From the NCBI GenBank assembly GCA_013375475.1, contig JABXKD010000060.1, positions 1 through 23,023 on the forward strand: 23,023 bases of DNA, written 5' to 3'. Within the stretch, counting starts at the first letter, position 1; every line of letters begins with the position of its first letter. A program made the position numbers and the translations under genes. A model generated the notes under the pieces. The model was given only the letters and a program-made list of their open reading frames with translations, had not been told where the DNA came from and did no database searches. Of this stretch, positions 9,188-18,584 are shown piece by piece. Source of the DNA: Promethearchaeota archaeon (GTDB lineage Archaea; Asgardarchaeota; Lokiarchaeia; Sigyniarchaeales; SOKP01).

Positions 9188-9395
9188 TTTTTATTTCACA
9201 TCCGTTATTTTGTTCTTTAAAGTATCAGTTTTGGATATTGTTAAAAGTTTTTGGTTATTTTCAATTAAATTTATAATATAATGTAACTTGAATAAATTTA
9301 TGATCTCTTCCCATGGAAGGTGAAATTGTGGGAACTTTTTGGGTAGAGCTTAAAAATTTGAGTATATTACAAAAATTATAAGGTAGAGCGAAATT

Positions 9396-10679
9396 ATGAA
9401 CGATATTAGAAAAAAGTTAGAAATCCCAAAAGAGGCTTTGGAATCTATTAATCAATTTCTCTTAGATGAGAAGAACCCCCTAATTAACGATTTGCTTAAT
9501 ATTATAGATAAATATGGTGGAATAGAAAACATTAATAAAAAAGCTGCAGAAGCGAGTAAAATAGAGAATTTAATAGATAAATTAGGAAATAAAAATCCCG
9601 GTTATGTAAAGGACCTTGAGTGGTTAATTTCTGAGAGGGATAAAAAATCTTTTATCAGCGTAGAAGATTATAGGAAGAAAATCTTAGGAGATAAGTCCGA
9701 TTTATCTTTTAACGAGGATTTTGCAGTGACATTGGAGCTCTCAGCATGTCAATATTTTCCATTTTTTATCGATATTGCCAAAGATGCCATTAAACATCAA
9801 AAATTAGTCCCTGGAAGGATTATTCGCGTACGAAATATGAAAGAACAGGAAGAAGACGGTGACCTATTAGCGATGGCTGCGGCAATGCAAATTATAGGTT
9901 CAACCTGGGTAGAAACACTTGACACAAAAGGCACCGCACCAGGTCCGGATGGAATGCCGGTGAATGTACATCTTGGAGGCCCTGATACCATTACTGGATA
10001 CTTTGGAGGTGTTGGACAACCAAATGAGTATGCTTTAAAATGGATTGACGAATTCCTCTATTATTACACAAATTATGGCATCAAACAAGTTCTTAATGTG
10101 AACCCTGGGACAGTCTTGCTAGGGTATATGATCTATAAACTGGGAATTAATAACGAATTTAAAATATCCGTTTTTATGGGGAACGATAATCCCTATTCAA
10201 GCCTCTGGACTTTATTGACCGCCAAATTATTCGCCCGAGAAGACGGAACAAGCCCGCTAATCGGATACAACTTATCAAACGCTGTAAACAACCAAACCCT
10301 TGAGTTATCCGCCTACATAAGAAAACCTTTTGGATTCGAAGATGTGGTAAGGTTAGAACATCACATAACGGAATGTTACAAAAGCATTGTAAGACAACCT
10401 TACGATCGTCGTGATGAACTAATAGAGCTAGCTAAAAATGTGAAAAATATCAGCGCTAAGCATGAAGGAGGAAATGTAGAGGTTGATAAAACTAGGGAAC
10501 ATCCAACAGACATTCTTGAATATTTTGCTGCGAAAAAGGATTTGAAAGAAGCAGGACTTTGGGACGCACTACGTATTAACCATTTAGATCGAAATGATGC
10601 TGTTAATTCAACCGCTAGAGTTTTAACTGAAAACGGGATTGCGATTATTGCAGCAAAAAATTTACACCATTGGGATTAA
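9396..10679 (+). CDS. Hypothetical soluble protein of unknown function, first gene of a probable operon with the aldolase-Fae fusion
   Basis: 427-aa ORF with AAGGT upstream and enzyme-like Gly/His/acidic segments (VETLDTKGT, NVHLGG, GYFGGVGQP, LEHHITE, SAKHEGG). I cannot name the family. Confidence 0.8.
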   Translation: MNDIRKKLEIPKEALESINQFLLDEKNPLINDLLNIIDKYGGIENINKKAAEASKIENLIDKLGNKNPGYVKDLEWLISERDKKSFISVEDYRKKILGDKSDLSFNEDFAVTLELSACQYFPFFIDIAKDAIKHQKLVPGRIIRVRNMKEQEEDGDLLAMAAAMQIIGSTWVETLDTKGTAPGPDGMPVNVHLGGPDTITGYFGGVGQPNEYALKWIDEFLYYYTNYGIKQVLNVNPGTVLLGYMIYKLGINNEFKISVFMGNDNPYSSLWTLLTAKLFAREDGTSPLIGYNLSNAVNNQTLELSAYIRKPFGFEDVVRLEHHITECYKSIVRQPYDRRDELIELAKNVKNISAKHEGGNVEVDKTREHPTDILEYFAAKKDLKEAGLWDALRINHLDRNDAVNSTARVLTENGIAIIAAKNLHHWD

Positions 10680-10698
10680 ATATGGAGGATTAATTAAA

Positions 10699-12189
10699 AT
10701 GGGAAAATTTGATTTTAGACCCACAGGAGTAATGCCTGCATTAGTAACTCCTTTCAATAAAGATGACGAATCAATTAATGAAGATTATCTTCGAAATTTA
10801 GTAAATCACCTAATAGACCAAGGAGTCACAGGACTTGTACCTGTAGGGACGACTGGAGAGTTCGTTAATATGACATTTGAGGAAAGATTGAGAGTTATTG
10901 AAATTGTTGTAGACGAAACTAATGGAAGAGTTCCAGTAATTGCAGGAACAGGAGAAACCGGCACAAAGCTTGTAATAGATGCTACGAGAGCAGCAACAGA
11001 TATTGGGGCCGATGCTGCCATCATAGTAACACCATATTATTTAAAACCTAAAGCGAAAGGTTTATACGATCATTATTTTACGATAGCAGAAAAAACAGAC
11101 ATTCCATTAGTGCTATATAACATTCCCGCTTGTACTGGTGTGGAATTGCCTTGGACGGTTGTAGAAGATCTAGTTGATATCGAAAATTTTGTCGCAATAA
11201 AAGATTCCAGTGGCGATTACAAATACTTCTCAGCTTTACTTGAAAAAGTTAGCGATAAAATCTCCGTTTTAATTGGGTGGGACGAAAATGTGTTAGGCGC
11301 TTTAGCTGGAGGTGCAGCGGGTTGTATTCTTGGTTCTGCTAATGTGATACCTAAATTGTGGCTTGAAATTTACGACCATGTGAAAAATAATCGTTTGCAA
11401 GAAGCTCAAACTCTCCAAAAAAAGGTGCAAAAATTAGCTCGTATGTTAATTAATTCAGGAGCTTTAGGTGCTAAAGAGTGCTTGAATATGATGGGAATTC
11501 CCGTAGGCACCACGAGGCGACCAATCATTATTGGAGACGCTCTTTCCTACGAGCTTCAAGACGAGTTTCGAGTTGAGCTGGAGAAACTCGGTTTAATAGA
11601 AAAGAAAGAAATCAAATTCGAAATAGGAGAGAAAGAACTCACAAGCCGCTTTTACGCAGTAGGCATAACACCTCAGAAGATATCCGATTTTAGATTAAAA
11701 GTAGGAGAATCGCTGGTTGGGAGTAGAGCAGAATTAGCACATGTTGATTTATTGATAGGAACTAAGGATGGGCCTGTAGGAGACGCTTACGCTCGAGCTC
11801 TCACTCATCCCGCTAAAGGTCGAGAAGGATTACAGGTTATCCTCGAACCAAACATGCAAGTTAAACCAGCAACAATAATGATCCCTACTGTAAAGGTTAC
11901 CTCTCTTCGGCACGCGAGCCTAACCTATGGTCCCGCTCAAGCGGCAGTAGCTAAAGCTGTAATGAAGTGCGTAGAAGATGGAATCCTCCCTAAGGAAGCC
12001 GCAGAAGACATATTAATTGTCGTAAATGTGTTTGTTCACCCTAGCGCAAGCGCTCGAAAACGAGTGTTCATAAATAATTATAAAGCAACTAGAAACGCTA
12101 TTCGAAAGGCGATGGAAGGCTTACCAACGGTGGATGATGGCATTAAAAACGCAGAAAATGCTCGTCATCCCTTCAGAAACGATCCATAA
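10699..12189 (+). CDS. fae: Fusion: DapA/NanA-family class I (Schiff-base) aldolase plus formaldehyde-activating enzyme (Fae) domain
   Basis: GGAGG at 10684-10688 and ATG at 10699. Aldolase motifs: PALVTPF, GTTGE, TPYY, LYNIP, IKDSSG. Fae domain from about 11692: VGESLVG...AHVDLLIG, PN..VKP, GPAQAAVAKAV, VFVHP, NYKAT, HPF. Confidence 0.88.
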   Translation: MGKFDFRPTGVMPALVTPFNKDDESINEDYLRNLVNHLIDQGVTGLVPVGTTGEFVNMTFEERLRVIEIVVDETNGRVPVIAGTGETGTKLVIDATRAATDIGADAAIIVTPYYLKPKAKGLYDHYFTIAEKTDIPLVLYNIPACTGVELPWTVVEDLVDIENFVAIKDSSGDYKYFSALLEKVSDKISVLIGWDENVLGALAGGAAGCILGSANVIPKLWLEIYDHVKNNRLQEAQTLQKKVQKLARMLINSGALGAKECLNMMGIPVGTTRRPIIIGDALSYELQDEFRVELEKLGLIEKKEIKFEIGEKELTSRFYAVGITPQKISDFRLKVGESLVGSRAELAHVDLLIGTKDGPVGDAYARALTHPAKGREGLQVILEPNMQVKPATIMIPTVKVTSLRHASLTYGPAQAAVAKAVMKCVEDGILPKEAAEDILIVVNVFVHPSASARKRVFINNYKATRNAIRKAMEGLPTVDDGIKNAENARHPFRNDP

Positions 12190-12214
12190 GTATTTTCTTT
12201 TTATTTTTTAAGAT

Positions 12215-13354
12215 TTATTTTTTTCTAGCTTTTCTTATCGTATTTTCAATATACCACCAAAATACACCAGCAGAAATGCAAATCAACCAATTTAAACACA
12301 ATAGCAAAAGATTTAGAATTGGTTCTTCAAACGAAATACCGAAAATATTATCTACTATTTTTTCACCCATACCGTAGAGTGAATAGGTGATTGCAAAATA
12401 TACATCTTGGACTAAATAAATATGGAAAGTTGATCTTCCTATTACAGTAAAGATCTTTAACACCTTATTCTTAGGGTTTTTCGGTATAACTTTCATTACA
12501 ATTAAGATAATAAAAGCCGAATAGATAAAAGTAAAATAGTTGTAATCTCCCCTAACAATACCCGAACCATCAACTTCTAACCTAAAGCCAAAAAATTCCC
12601 ACGCTACCATATAGATCACGGAAATTGGGAAAAGAATCCATACGAATAAATTTTTTTTACTAAAAAGATCATGATCCTTTGAGAACCAAAAGCCCATGCC
12701 AATAGCTGAGATATAGAGTAGGATAATGTAACGGAAGTTTAGTTCAGTAAATATATTTTCAATTGTGATTTCACCAACATAAGCAAAGACGAATAGATGG
12801 AAACAAATTTCAATAAGGAAAGATAATATGAGTGAAAATCGGGGTAGTATCGAAAATAATTTATACATTAACGGTAAGAGAAGAATTGATTGAAAGAGGA
12901 TAGGAATGAACCAATTACCTGGACCCTCAAGAAGCGACTTTTGGTAGACAATATATTCCAAGAACCAGTTTTCTCTAAAAGTATCTGTAAAATTTTCTTC
13001 GTAGATAATAAAACCCGCGGTAGTAGAGACAATATATAAAATGATATAAGGAAAAACAAATCGCCAGAATTTCCTTTTGAAATATGACCAGGAATAAAGC
13101 TCACTTAAATATTGATCGCCTCTTCTAGCAAACGAATTACCCATGTTAAAACCTAGAAGTATTAGAAAAACTGGGATTGACATACGCTCCCATAATTCTG
13201 TTCCCGTTCCGCGAATCAAACTATGAAGTAATGAATGATCGATAATTACAAAAGCTATCATAAAGGTTTTCAAAAAATCTACTTGAAAAAAGCTCGAAGA
13301 ATCCTCTTTGATTTTGATATCTTGAATTTCTATAACATTATCGATTTCATTCAT
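12215..13354 (-). CDS. Acyltransferase family 3 (OafA-like) membrane protein
   Basis: VDFLKTFMIAFVIIDH, IPVFLILLGF, YFKRKFWRFVFPY, GNWFI, IGRSTFHIYLVQ; about 10 TM segments. Confidence 0.8.
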   Translation of the reverse strand: MNEIDNVIEIQDIKIKEDSSSFFQVDFLKTFMIAFVIIDHSLLHSLIRGTGTELWERMSIPVFLILLGFNMGNSFARRGDQYLSELYSWSYFKRKFWRFVFPYIILYIVSTTAGFIIYEENFTDTFRENWFLEYIVYQKSLLEGPGNWFIPILFQSILLLPLMYKLFSILPRFSLILSFLIEICFHLFVFAYVGEITIENIFTELNFRYIILLYISAIGMGFWFSKDHDLFSKKNLFVWILFPISVIYMVAWEFFGFRLEVDGSGIVRGDYNYFTFIYSAFIILIVMKVIPKNPKNKVLKIFTVIGRSTFHIYLVQDVYFAITYSLYGMGEKIVDNIFGISFEEPILNLLLLCLNWLICISAGVFWWYIENTIRKARKK

Positions 13355-13366
13355 TATAAAATCAAG

Positions 13367-13384
13367 TGAATAATTAATTATTCA
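13367..13384. promoter_or_regulatory. 18-bp perfect palindrome just upstream of the acyltransferase start; possible regulator site
   Basis: TGAATAATTAATTATTCA, 12 nt before the ATG at 13354. Confidence 0.3.
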
Positions 13385-13441
13385 TTAAAATTAGCGTCAA
13401 TTTTTAAATTTACCCAAAAAAATTATACAATTTACATTAAA

Positions 13442-13477
13442 TTGCCTATTCGCCATCCTTTCGGTAACGATACGCAA
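13442..13477 (-). other. GC-enriched RNA hairpin with GAAA tetraloop in the 3' UTR of 13483..14103
   Basis: Minus strand reads TTGC-G-TAT-CGTTA-CC-GAAA-GG-A-TGGCG-A-ATA-G-GCAA. Full pairing needs G-U pairs, so it favours the minus strand. Confidence 0.45.
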
Positions 13478-13482
13478 ACCTT

Positions 13483-14103
13483 CTATTTTTTCTTTCTTGA
13501 AGATTTTTTTTTAGCCTCAACCTTTTTGATAAATAAATGACCGCCAAAATAAATCAAAATGACTCCAATCGATAGCCAAAAGAAAGATAAAATAACTGGT
13601 TGTTCCCCCGCGGTTGCGATCAACGCAACAAACGAGATAATATTAATAATACCTATCACAATTGAGATTGCTCCTAATACCTGGTTCGCCCGCTTTTTTA
13701 ATTTAATGTTATCTATATACATATCAGCGCTTACTAAAAATACTCCGTAAATTATGATAAATATACCTACGAGGATCAAAGGAAGTAAGACTAAGGTTCT
13801 TAACTCATTGATAGCGTCAAGACGAGCATCTGCCAGGGCATATATAGAGCTAATTACGGGGAGAATGCCGTCGATTAATAAAACGAGTCCCTTAGCTTTT
13901 ATACCTAATTTTCCTTGAGTGATTAAATAAATCCCGAAAAAAATTGTGGTTAAACTAAATGCCATTAATGGGATTGATAGGATAATGATTACTCCTTTAG
14001 ATGCATCGTAAGCAAAAAACATACTCCATATTGTTATTCCCGAAATACCTAAAAAAATTACGCCCAAAACTGCTAAAAATATACCTAAACCTTTCTTTTC
14101 CAT
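13483..14103 (-). CDS. Hypothetical membrane protein (about 6 TM, basic tail)
   Basis: 206-aa hydrophobic ORF with GTGTGA upstream of the ATG. Confidence 0.75.
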   Translation of the reverse strand: MEKKGLGIFLAVLGVIFLGISGITIWSMFFAYDASKGVIIILSIPLMAFSLTTIFFGIYLITQGKLGIKAKGLVLLIDGILPVISSIYALADARLDAINELRTLVLLPLILVGIFIIIYGVFLVSADMYIDNIKLKKRANQVLGAISIVIGIINIISFVALIATAGEQPVILSFFWLSIGVILIYFGGHLFIKKVEAKKKSSRKKK

Positions 14104-14274
14104 ATCTAATCACACATTATTGGTTAATTTATATTTTATTAATATTTGAATTTTCTAATAATAGTAATTAACAGACCATATTTAATCCTTTTATAATTGA
14201 TAATCTGAACATTGAAATTCTATTCAAACGATTCTATAATTATAGTAGTTATAAAATCCAAAAATTTCAAAGAG

Positions 14275-14769
14275 TTGATAATTATAGCAAATAAAGTAAT
14301 AGAATTAAAGGTTGGAGATTCTGCTCCCGATTTTTGCCTTCCAGATAAAGATAACAAGGAAGTTTGTCTTAAAGACTTTAAAGGCAAATATACTATTGTC
14401 TATTTTTACCCAAAGGATAATACGCCTGGTTGTACCACGGAAGCTATTGGTTTTACGGGTATTTTACCCGCCCTTCAAAAGTTAAACGCAGATGTAATCG
14501 GCATTAGCCCTGATAGTCCAGAATCGCATGCGAAATTCATCGAAAAGAAGAATTTAGAAGTTACTCTTCTAAGCGATCTAGATAAAGAAGTCTTAAAATC
14601 GTATGGGAAATGGGGTAAAAAGACATTTAGAGGTAAACAATATATTGGGGTTACGCGTAGTACCTTTTTAATAAATCCTGATGGAAAAATCGCATATATA
14701 TGGCCCAAAGTTTCTGTAAAAGGACATACAGAAGAAGTTAAGGACATTTTAGTGGAATTACAAAATTAG
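14275..14769 (+). CDS. bcp: Peroxiredoxin Bcp/PrxQ (thioredoxin-dependent thiol peroxidase)
   Basis: LKVGDSAPDF, VYFYPKDNTPGCTTEA (peroxidatic Cys), GISPDS..SH..F, LLSD, RSTFLI. Start uncertain: TTG 14275, ATA 14284 or TTG 14212. Confidence 0.9.
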   Translation: MIIIANKVIELKVGDSAPDFCLPDKDNKEVCLKDFKGKYTIVYFYPKDNTPGCTTEAIGFTGILPALQKLNADVIGISPDSPESHAKFIEKKNLEVTLLSDLDKEVLKSYGKWGKKTFRGKQYIGVTRSTFLINPDGKIAYIWPKVSVKGHTEEVKDILVELQN

Positions 14770-14778
14770 AAAGCCATC

Positions 14779-15342
14779 ATGAATGTAAAAGAAACGATAG
14801 AAAAAAGGAGAGCATATCGATCCCTAGATCCAGTAGACATTACGGAGGGATTAATTGAAGATCTAGCAAGAATGGCAAGAATTACTCCTTCTTGCGGAAA
14901 TAAGCAACCTTGGCGATTTATATTTGTATTTGAAAAGACACAACTAAACAAACTTTTTAGTGTGTTATCTGAAGGTAATAAATGGGTTGAAAAGGCTTCA
15001 ATGATTGTAGCAATATTCAGCGAACCTGAAAAAGATTGCATAATCGGGGAGCGATTCTACTATCTATTTGATACAGGTATGGCTACAGCATTCATTATAC
15101 TTCGTGCTACCGAATTAGGCTTAGTTGCTCATCCTATTGCTGGATTTAAAGAAAATTTAGCTAAGGAGATTCTTGATATACCGAAAAATATGAGATTAAT
15201 CACGCTGTTAATTTTAGGAAAACACTCTAATGAAGTTAATCCCGTGCTTTCTGAATCAATGAAACTAGGAGAAAAGCAGAGACCTCCGAGAATTCAATTA
15301 AATAAATTCATATCCATAAATGATTACAATACAAAATTTTAA
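14779..15342 (+). CDS. Nitroreductase family protein
   Basis: IEKRRAYRS, TPSCGNKQPWRF, FDTGMA...LRATELGL, IAGF. Confidence 0.88.
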   Translation: MNVKETIEKRRAYRSLDPVDITEGLIEDLARMARITPSCGNKQPWRFIFVFEKTQLNKLFSVLSEGNKWVEKASMIVAIFSEPEKDCIIGERFYYLFDTGMATAFIILRATELGLVAHPIAGFKENLAKEILDIPKNMRLITLLILGKHSNEVNPVLSESMKLGEKQRPPRIQLNKFISINDYNTKF

Positions 15343-15463
15343 ATTCTAAATTCTAAATTATAATCTAACATTTTCAATGAGGTTTGAAAATTAGAAGATT
15401 ATGAACAGATATTAATAGAAAATAATCTGCGAATTGATAATGTAGTATTTCTTCATTGTAATT

Positions 15464-17527
15464 ATGAGTAAGATAAAATTAAAACCCAATAAGTTGATCA
15501 AAGAAAAAAGTCCTTATTTACTACAACATGCTAACGACTTAGTATATTGGTATCCTTGGACTGAAGAGGCTTTCATTAAAGCTCGGAATAATGATAAACC
15601 TATATTCCTATCGATTGGATATTATAGCTGTCATTGGTGTCATAAACAAAGAGAAGTTTTTAATGACGCTTATGTTGCTAAATTGTTGAACGAAGCATTC
15701 GTTTCAATTAAAGTCGATAGGGAAGAACGACCTGACATCGATAAAATTTACATGATGGTATGTCAGCTTATGACAGGTTCTGGAGGATGGCCGTTGACAA
15801 TAATCATGACTCCGGATAAAAAACCTTTCTTTGCTGGAACGTATTTTCCGAAAGAAAGTCGTTTTGGAAGAATAGGGTTGGTCGATCTAGTAAAACGTGT
15901 GAAAAATTTATGGATAGACGAAAGAAAGCAATTATTAGAATCGAGCGAGAAAATTATTTTTGCCTTACAAGATGCAGGTGCTGAATCACCAGGAAGAAGC
16001 CTAACGGAAAGCGTCTTGAAAAAAACATACTCTTTATTATCCGCAAGGTACGATAAAATTAATGGTGGTTTTGGAACGGCACCTAAATTTCCTACACCTC
16101 ATAATCTACTATTTCTATTACGATTCTGGAAAAGAACAGGCGATGAAGAAGCACTTAAAATGGTTGAAAAGACGCTTGGAGCTATGCGAAATGGTGGAAT
16201 TTACGATCACATTGGTTTTGGATTTCACCGTTATTCAACCGATCCTAACTGGCTCGTACCACATTTTGAAAAAATGTTATACGATCAAGCATTATTAACT
16301 CTAGCTTATTTAGAAGCGTATCAAGCAACTGGAAAAGAGGAATACGCTAATACCGCAAAAGAAGTATTAACATATGTTTTACGCGATATGGTATCAACAG
16401 AAGGTGGTTTCTATAGTGCAGAGGATGCCGACAGTGAAGGCGTAGAGGGTAAATTTTATGTCTGGTCGAAAGCTGAAATCGAAGAAATATTAGGAATAGA
16501 AGATGCTAAAATATTCGCAAAACTCTATAATGTTGATGTAAATGGTAATTTTTTAGAGGAAGCAACAAGAGAAAAAACAGGTAAAAATATTGTTCATTTG
16601 AGCTCTCAATTACCAGATACATACTCTACCGATATCGAATCGCTAAGAAATAAATTATTTGAAGCAAGAGAAAAACGTATTAGACCTCATAAGGACGATA
16701 AGATATTAACTGACTGGAATGGTTTAATGATCGCAGCGTTTGCTAAGGCAGGGTATATCCTTAATGAACCAAAATACATTCAAGTAGCAGAAAAAGCAGT
16801 AGAGTTTATCTTAAACCAAATGAAAAATTCCGAGGGAAGACTCTTGCATCGATATCGCGAGGGTGGGGCAGATATACTCGCTTTTATAGACGACTACGCA
16901 TTCTTGATTTGGGGTTTGATCAACCTTTATGAGGCCACTTATGAAACTTCATACCTTAAAAATGCTATTATGTTGACAGAAGAACAGCTAAAACTCTTCT
17001 GGGATTCTTCTATTGGAGCTTTCTTTTTTACGGCTGAAGACGCAGAATCGTTATTAACGCGCCAAAAAGAGACCTATGACGGAGCAATTCCATCGGGGAA
17101 TTCAGTTGCGATGTTAAATTTACTGAGCCTAGCACAATTAACTGGGGATGATAAATATGAGAAGAAAGCCGATCAAATTGGACGAGTTTTTGCCGAAAGC
17201 ATCAGAGCTAATCCAGTTGCTCATACCTTAATGATGGTTGCTGTAGATTATGCAGTTGGACCGACATACTCTTTAGTAATTGCAGGTGATAGTGGAAAGG
17301 AAGATACGATTGCAATGCTAAATGAGGTTAGAAAGCAATATTTACCAAATAAATCGTTGATTTTTCGCCCTACGGAAGATTTGAAACCAGATATTGATAA
17401 TTATTCTAATTTTATTCAATTTTTTGACAAGTACGATGAAAAGGCTACCGCTTTCGTGTGTATTAACAAGACTTGCAAAGCACCTACGAATGATATACAT
17501 AAAGCTCTAGAATATTTAAACTCTTAA
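15464..17527 (+). CDS. Thioredoxin-domain-containing protein YyaL/SSP411 family (DUF255 plus six-hairpin domain)
   Basis: [75 protein letters not shown]. Confidence 0.9.
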   Translation: MSKIKLKPNKLIKEKSPYLLQHANDLVYWYPWTEEAFIKARNNDKPIFLSIGYYSCHWCHKQREVFNDAYVAKLLNEAFVSIKVDREERPDIDKIYMMVCQLMTGSGGWPLTIIMTPDKKPFFAGTYFPKESRFGRIGLVDLVKRVKNLWIDERKQLLESSEKIIFALQDAGAESPGRSLTESVLKKTYSLLSARYDKINGGFGTAPKFPTPHNLLFLLRFWKRTGDEEALKMVEKTLGAMRNGGIYDHIGFGFHRYSTDPNWLVPHFEKMLYDQALLTLAYLEAYQATGKEEYANTAKEVLTYVLRDMVSTEGGFYSAEDADSEGVEGKFYVWSKAEIEEILGIEDAKIFAKLYNVDVNGNFLEEATREKTGKNIVHLSSQLPDTYSTDIESLRNKLFEAREKRIRPHKDDKILTDWNGLMIAAFAKAGYILNEPKYIQVAEKAVEFILNQMKNSEGRLLHRYREGGADILAFIDDYAFLIWGLINLYEATYETSYLKNAIMLTEEQLKLFWDSSIGAFFFTAEDAESLLTRQKETYDGAIPSGNSVAMLNLLSLAQLTGDDKYEKKADQIGRVFAESIRANPVAHTLMMVAVDYAVGPTYSLVIAGDSGKEDTIAMLNEVRKQYLPNKSLIFRPTEDLKPDIDNYSNFIQFFDKYDEKATAFVCINKTCKAPTNDIHKALEYLNS

Positions 17528-17567
17528 TAAAAAAAAATAAATATGGCTTAACTACAAAACATAATTT

Positions 17568-18083
17568 TTAAATTGGCTCAGCATCTATCAAGACAGCAGC
17601 TAATAATGCTGGTTTGGAACTTTTATTTATCCAAGCATGATTAGTACCCCGTTGAATTACGACATCAAATGGTTTTAAATCCACCTCACCTTCATCTAAA
17701 AGGAGTGTAATTTCTCCCTCAAGCAAGACTATGTAGTCAATAGTTTTAGTTTTATGCATACGAGAATCTCTTGAAATATCTGTACGACAATGGGAAGCTC
17801 CTATTCCAGCATAAACAGCAGCTATTTCTTTCTCGACCTCTTCAATCGGTCTAGATGGATCCTCAGGGGATACCTGGAAAAACCTAAAAACAGATCCATT
17901 AGATGGTGGTTCAAGCAACACTTTTCTTTTCGCCGCATCTTTTTTATGCCTATTATCTGCTGGTGACCTATCCGTAACCCACATTTCAAATAATCCCTGT
18001 CCAAATGGTGGACCTTCATAAGCTACAATTGATTTCCCTTCTTCATTAAAACCAGTTATAATTCTTCTTAATTTTCTTACCAT
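17568..18083 (-). CDS. Cupin-domain protein
   Basis: RRIITG, MHKTKTIDYIVLLEGEI, VIQRGTNHAWIN cupin metal motifs. Confidence 0.85.
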   Translation of the reverse strand: MVRKLRRIITGFNEEGKSIVAYEGPPFGQGLFEMWVTDRSPADNRHKKDAAKRKVLLEPPSNGSVFRFFQVSPEDPSRPIEEVEKEIAAVYAGIGASHCRTDISRDSRMHKTKTIDYIVLLEGEITLLLDEGEVDLKPFDVVIQRGTNHAWINKSSKPALLAAVLIDAEPI

Positions 18084-18299
18084 GTGATATCTAACCTTCT
18101 TCTATTATAGATTCATTCAACTCTTAAATTTTTTAATTATTATTATTAGTTCTTTTGAATTTATAAATTGTTATAAGGGTCTAGATGAGCTAATTTACCC
18201 CTATTTTACTTAATCTATTGAGATTCCATATGATATTATCTATATTAAAAAAATGATTAAGTCTATAAGGTTAATTCTTTTTTATTAAAAGTAGGATTA

Positions 18300-18584
18300 T
18301 CATATATTAAATTCTTTTAACTTTGAAGATAATCGTTCTTCGATCTCTGTAAGCGTTGCTATTTTATTCATTTCCGCTTCTGATATGAATAATGTAAGAT
18401 TTTCACCCTTTAATATATAAGCAGAAGGATATTTTGCGTCTTTAACATCGTATTTATCTATGAATTCGTCCTTATGTAAGAATTCAGAGTCTATTCCTAA
18501 ATCGTTTATGAAAGATTTCCATTCTTTCTTAGCTCCGAAAGTCCCAAAAGTAGTTTGACATAAATTACATTGGTAAGTACTAGA
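18300..18584 (-). pseudogene. 5'-truncated small CxxC protein (not in the ORF track)
   Basis: Open frame 18584-18300 reading SSTYQCNLCQTTFGTFGAKKEWKSF...EFLHKDEF...YPSAY...FISEAEMN...EFNI*. It is preceded by an in-frame TAA and has no start codon before the CxxC. From memory it resembles a conserved small-protein family whose N-terminus (..IFVYNA.SG..HK..SP) is missing here. Confidence 0.7.

Noticed and set aside
10639-10698. N-terminal extension of the aldolase-Fae ORF
   Set aside because: It overlaps the upstream gene, and GGAGG plus domain homology point to ATG 10699.
18565-18582. Pyrrolysine or stop read-through of the TAG in the CDP-alcohol phosphatidyltransferase
   Set aside because: Read-through reaches TAA after four codons, and the downstream sequence belongs to a different protein in another frame.
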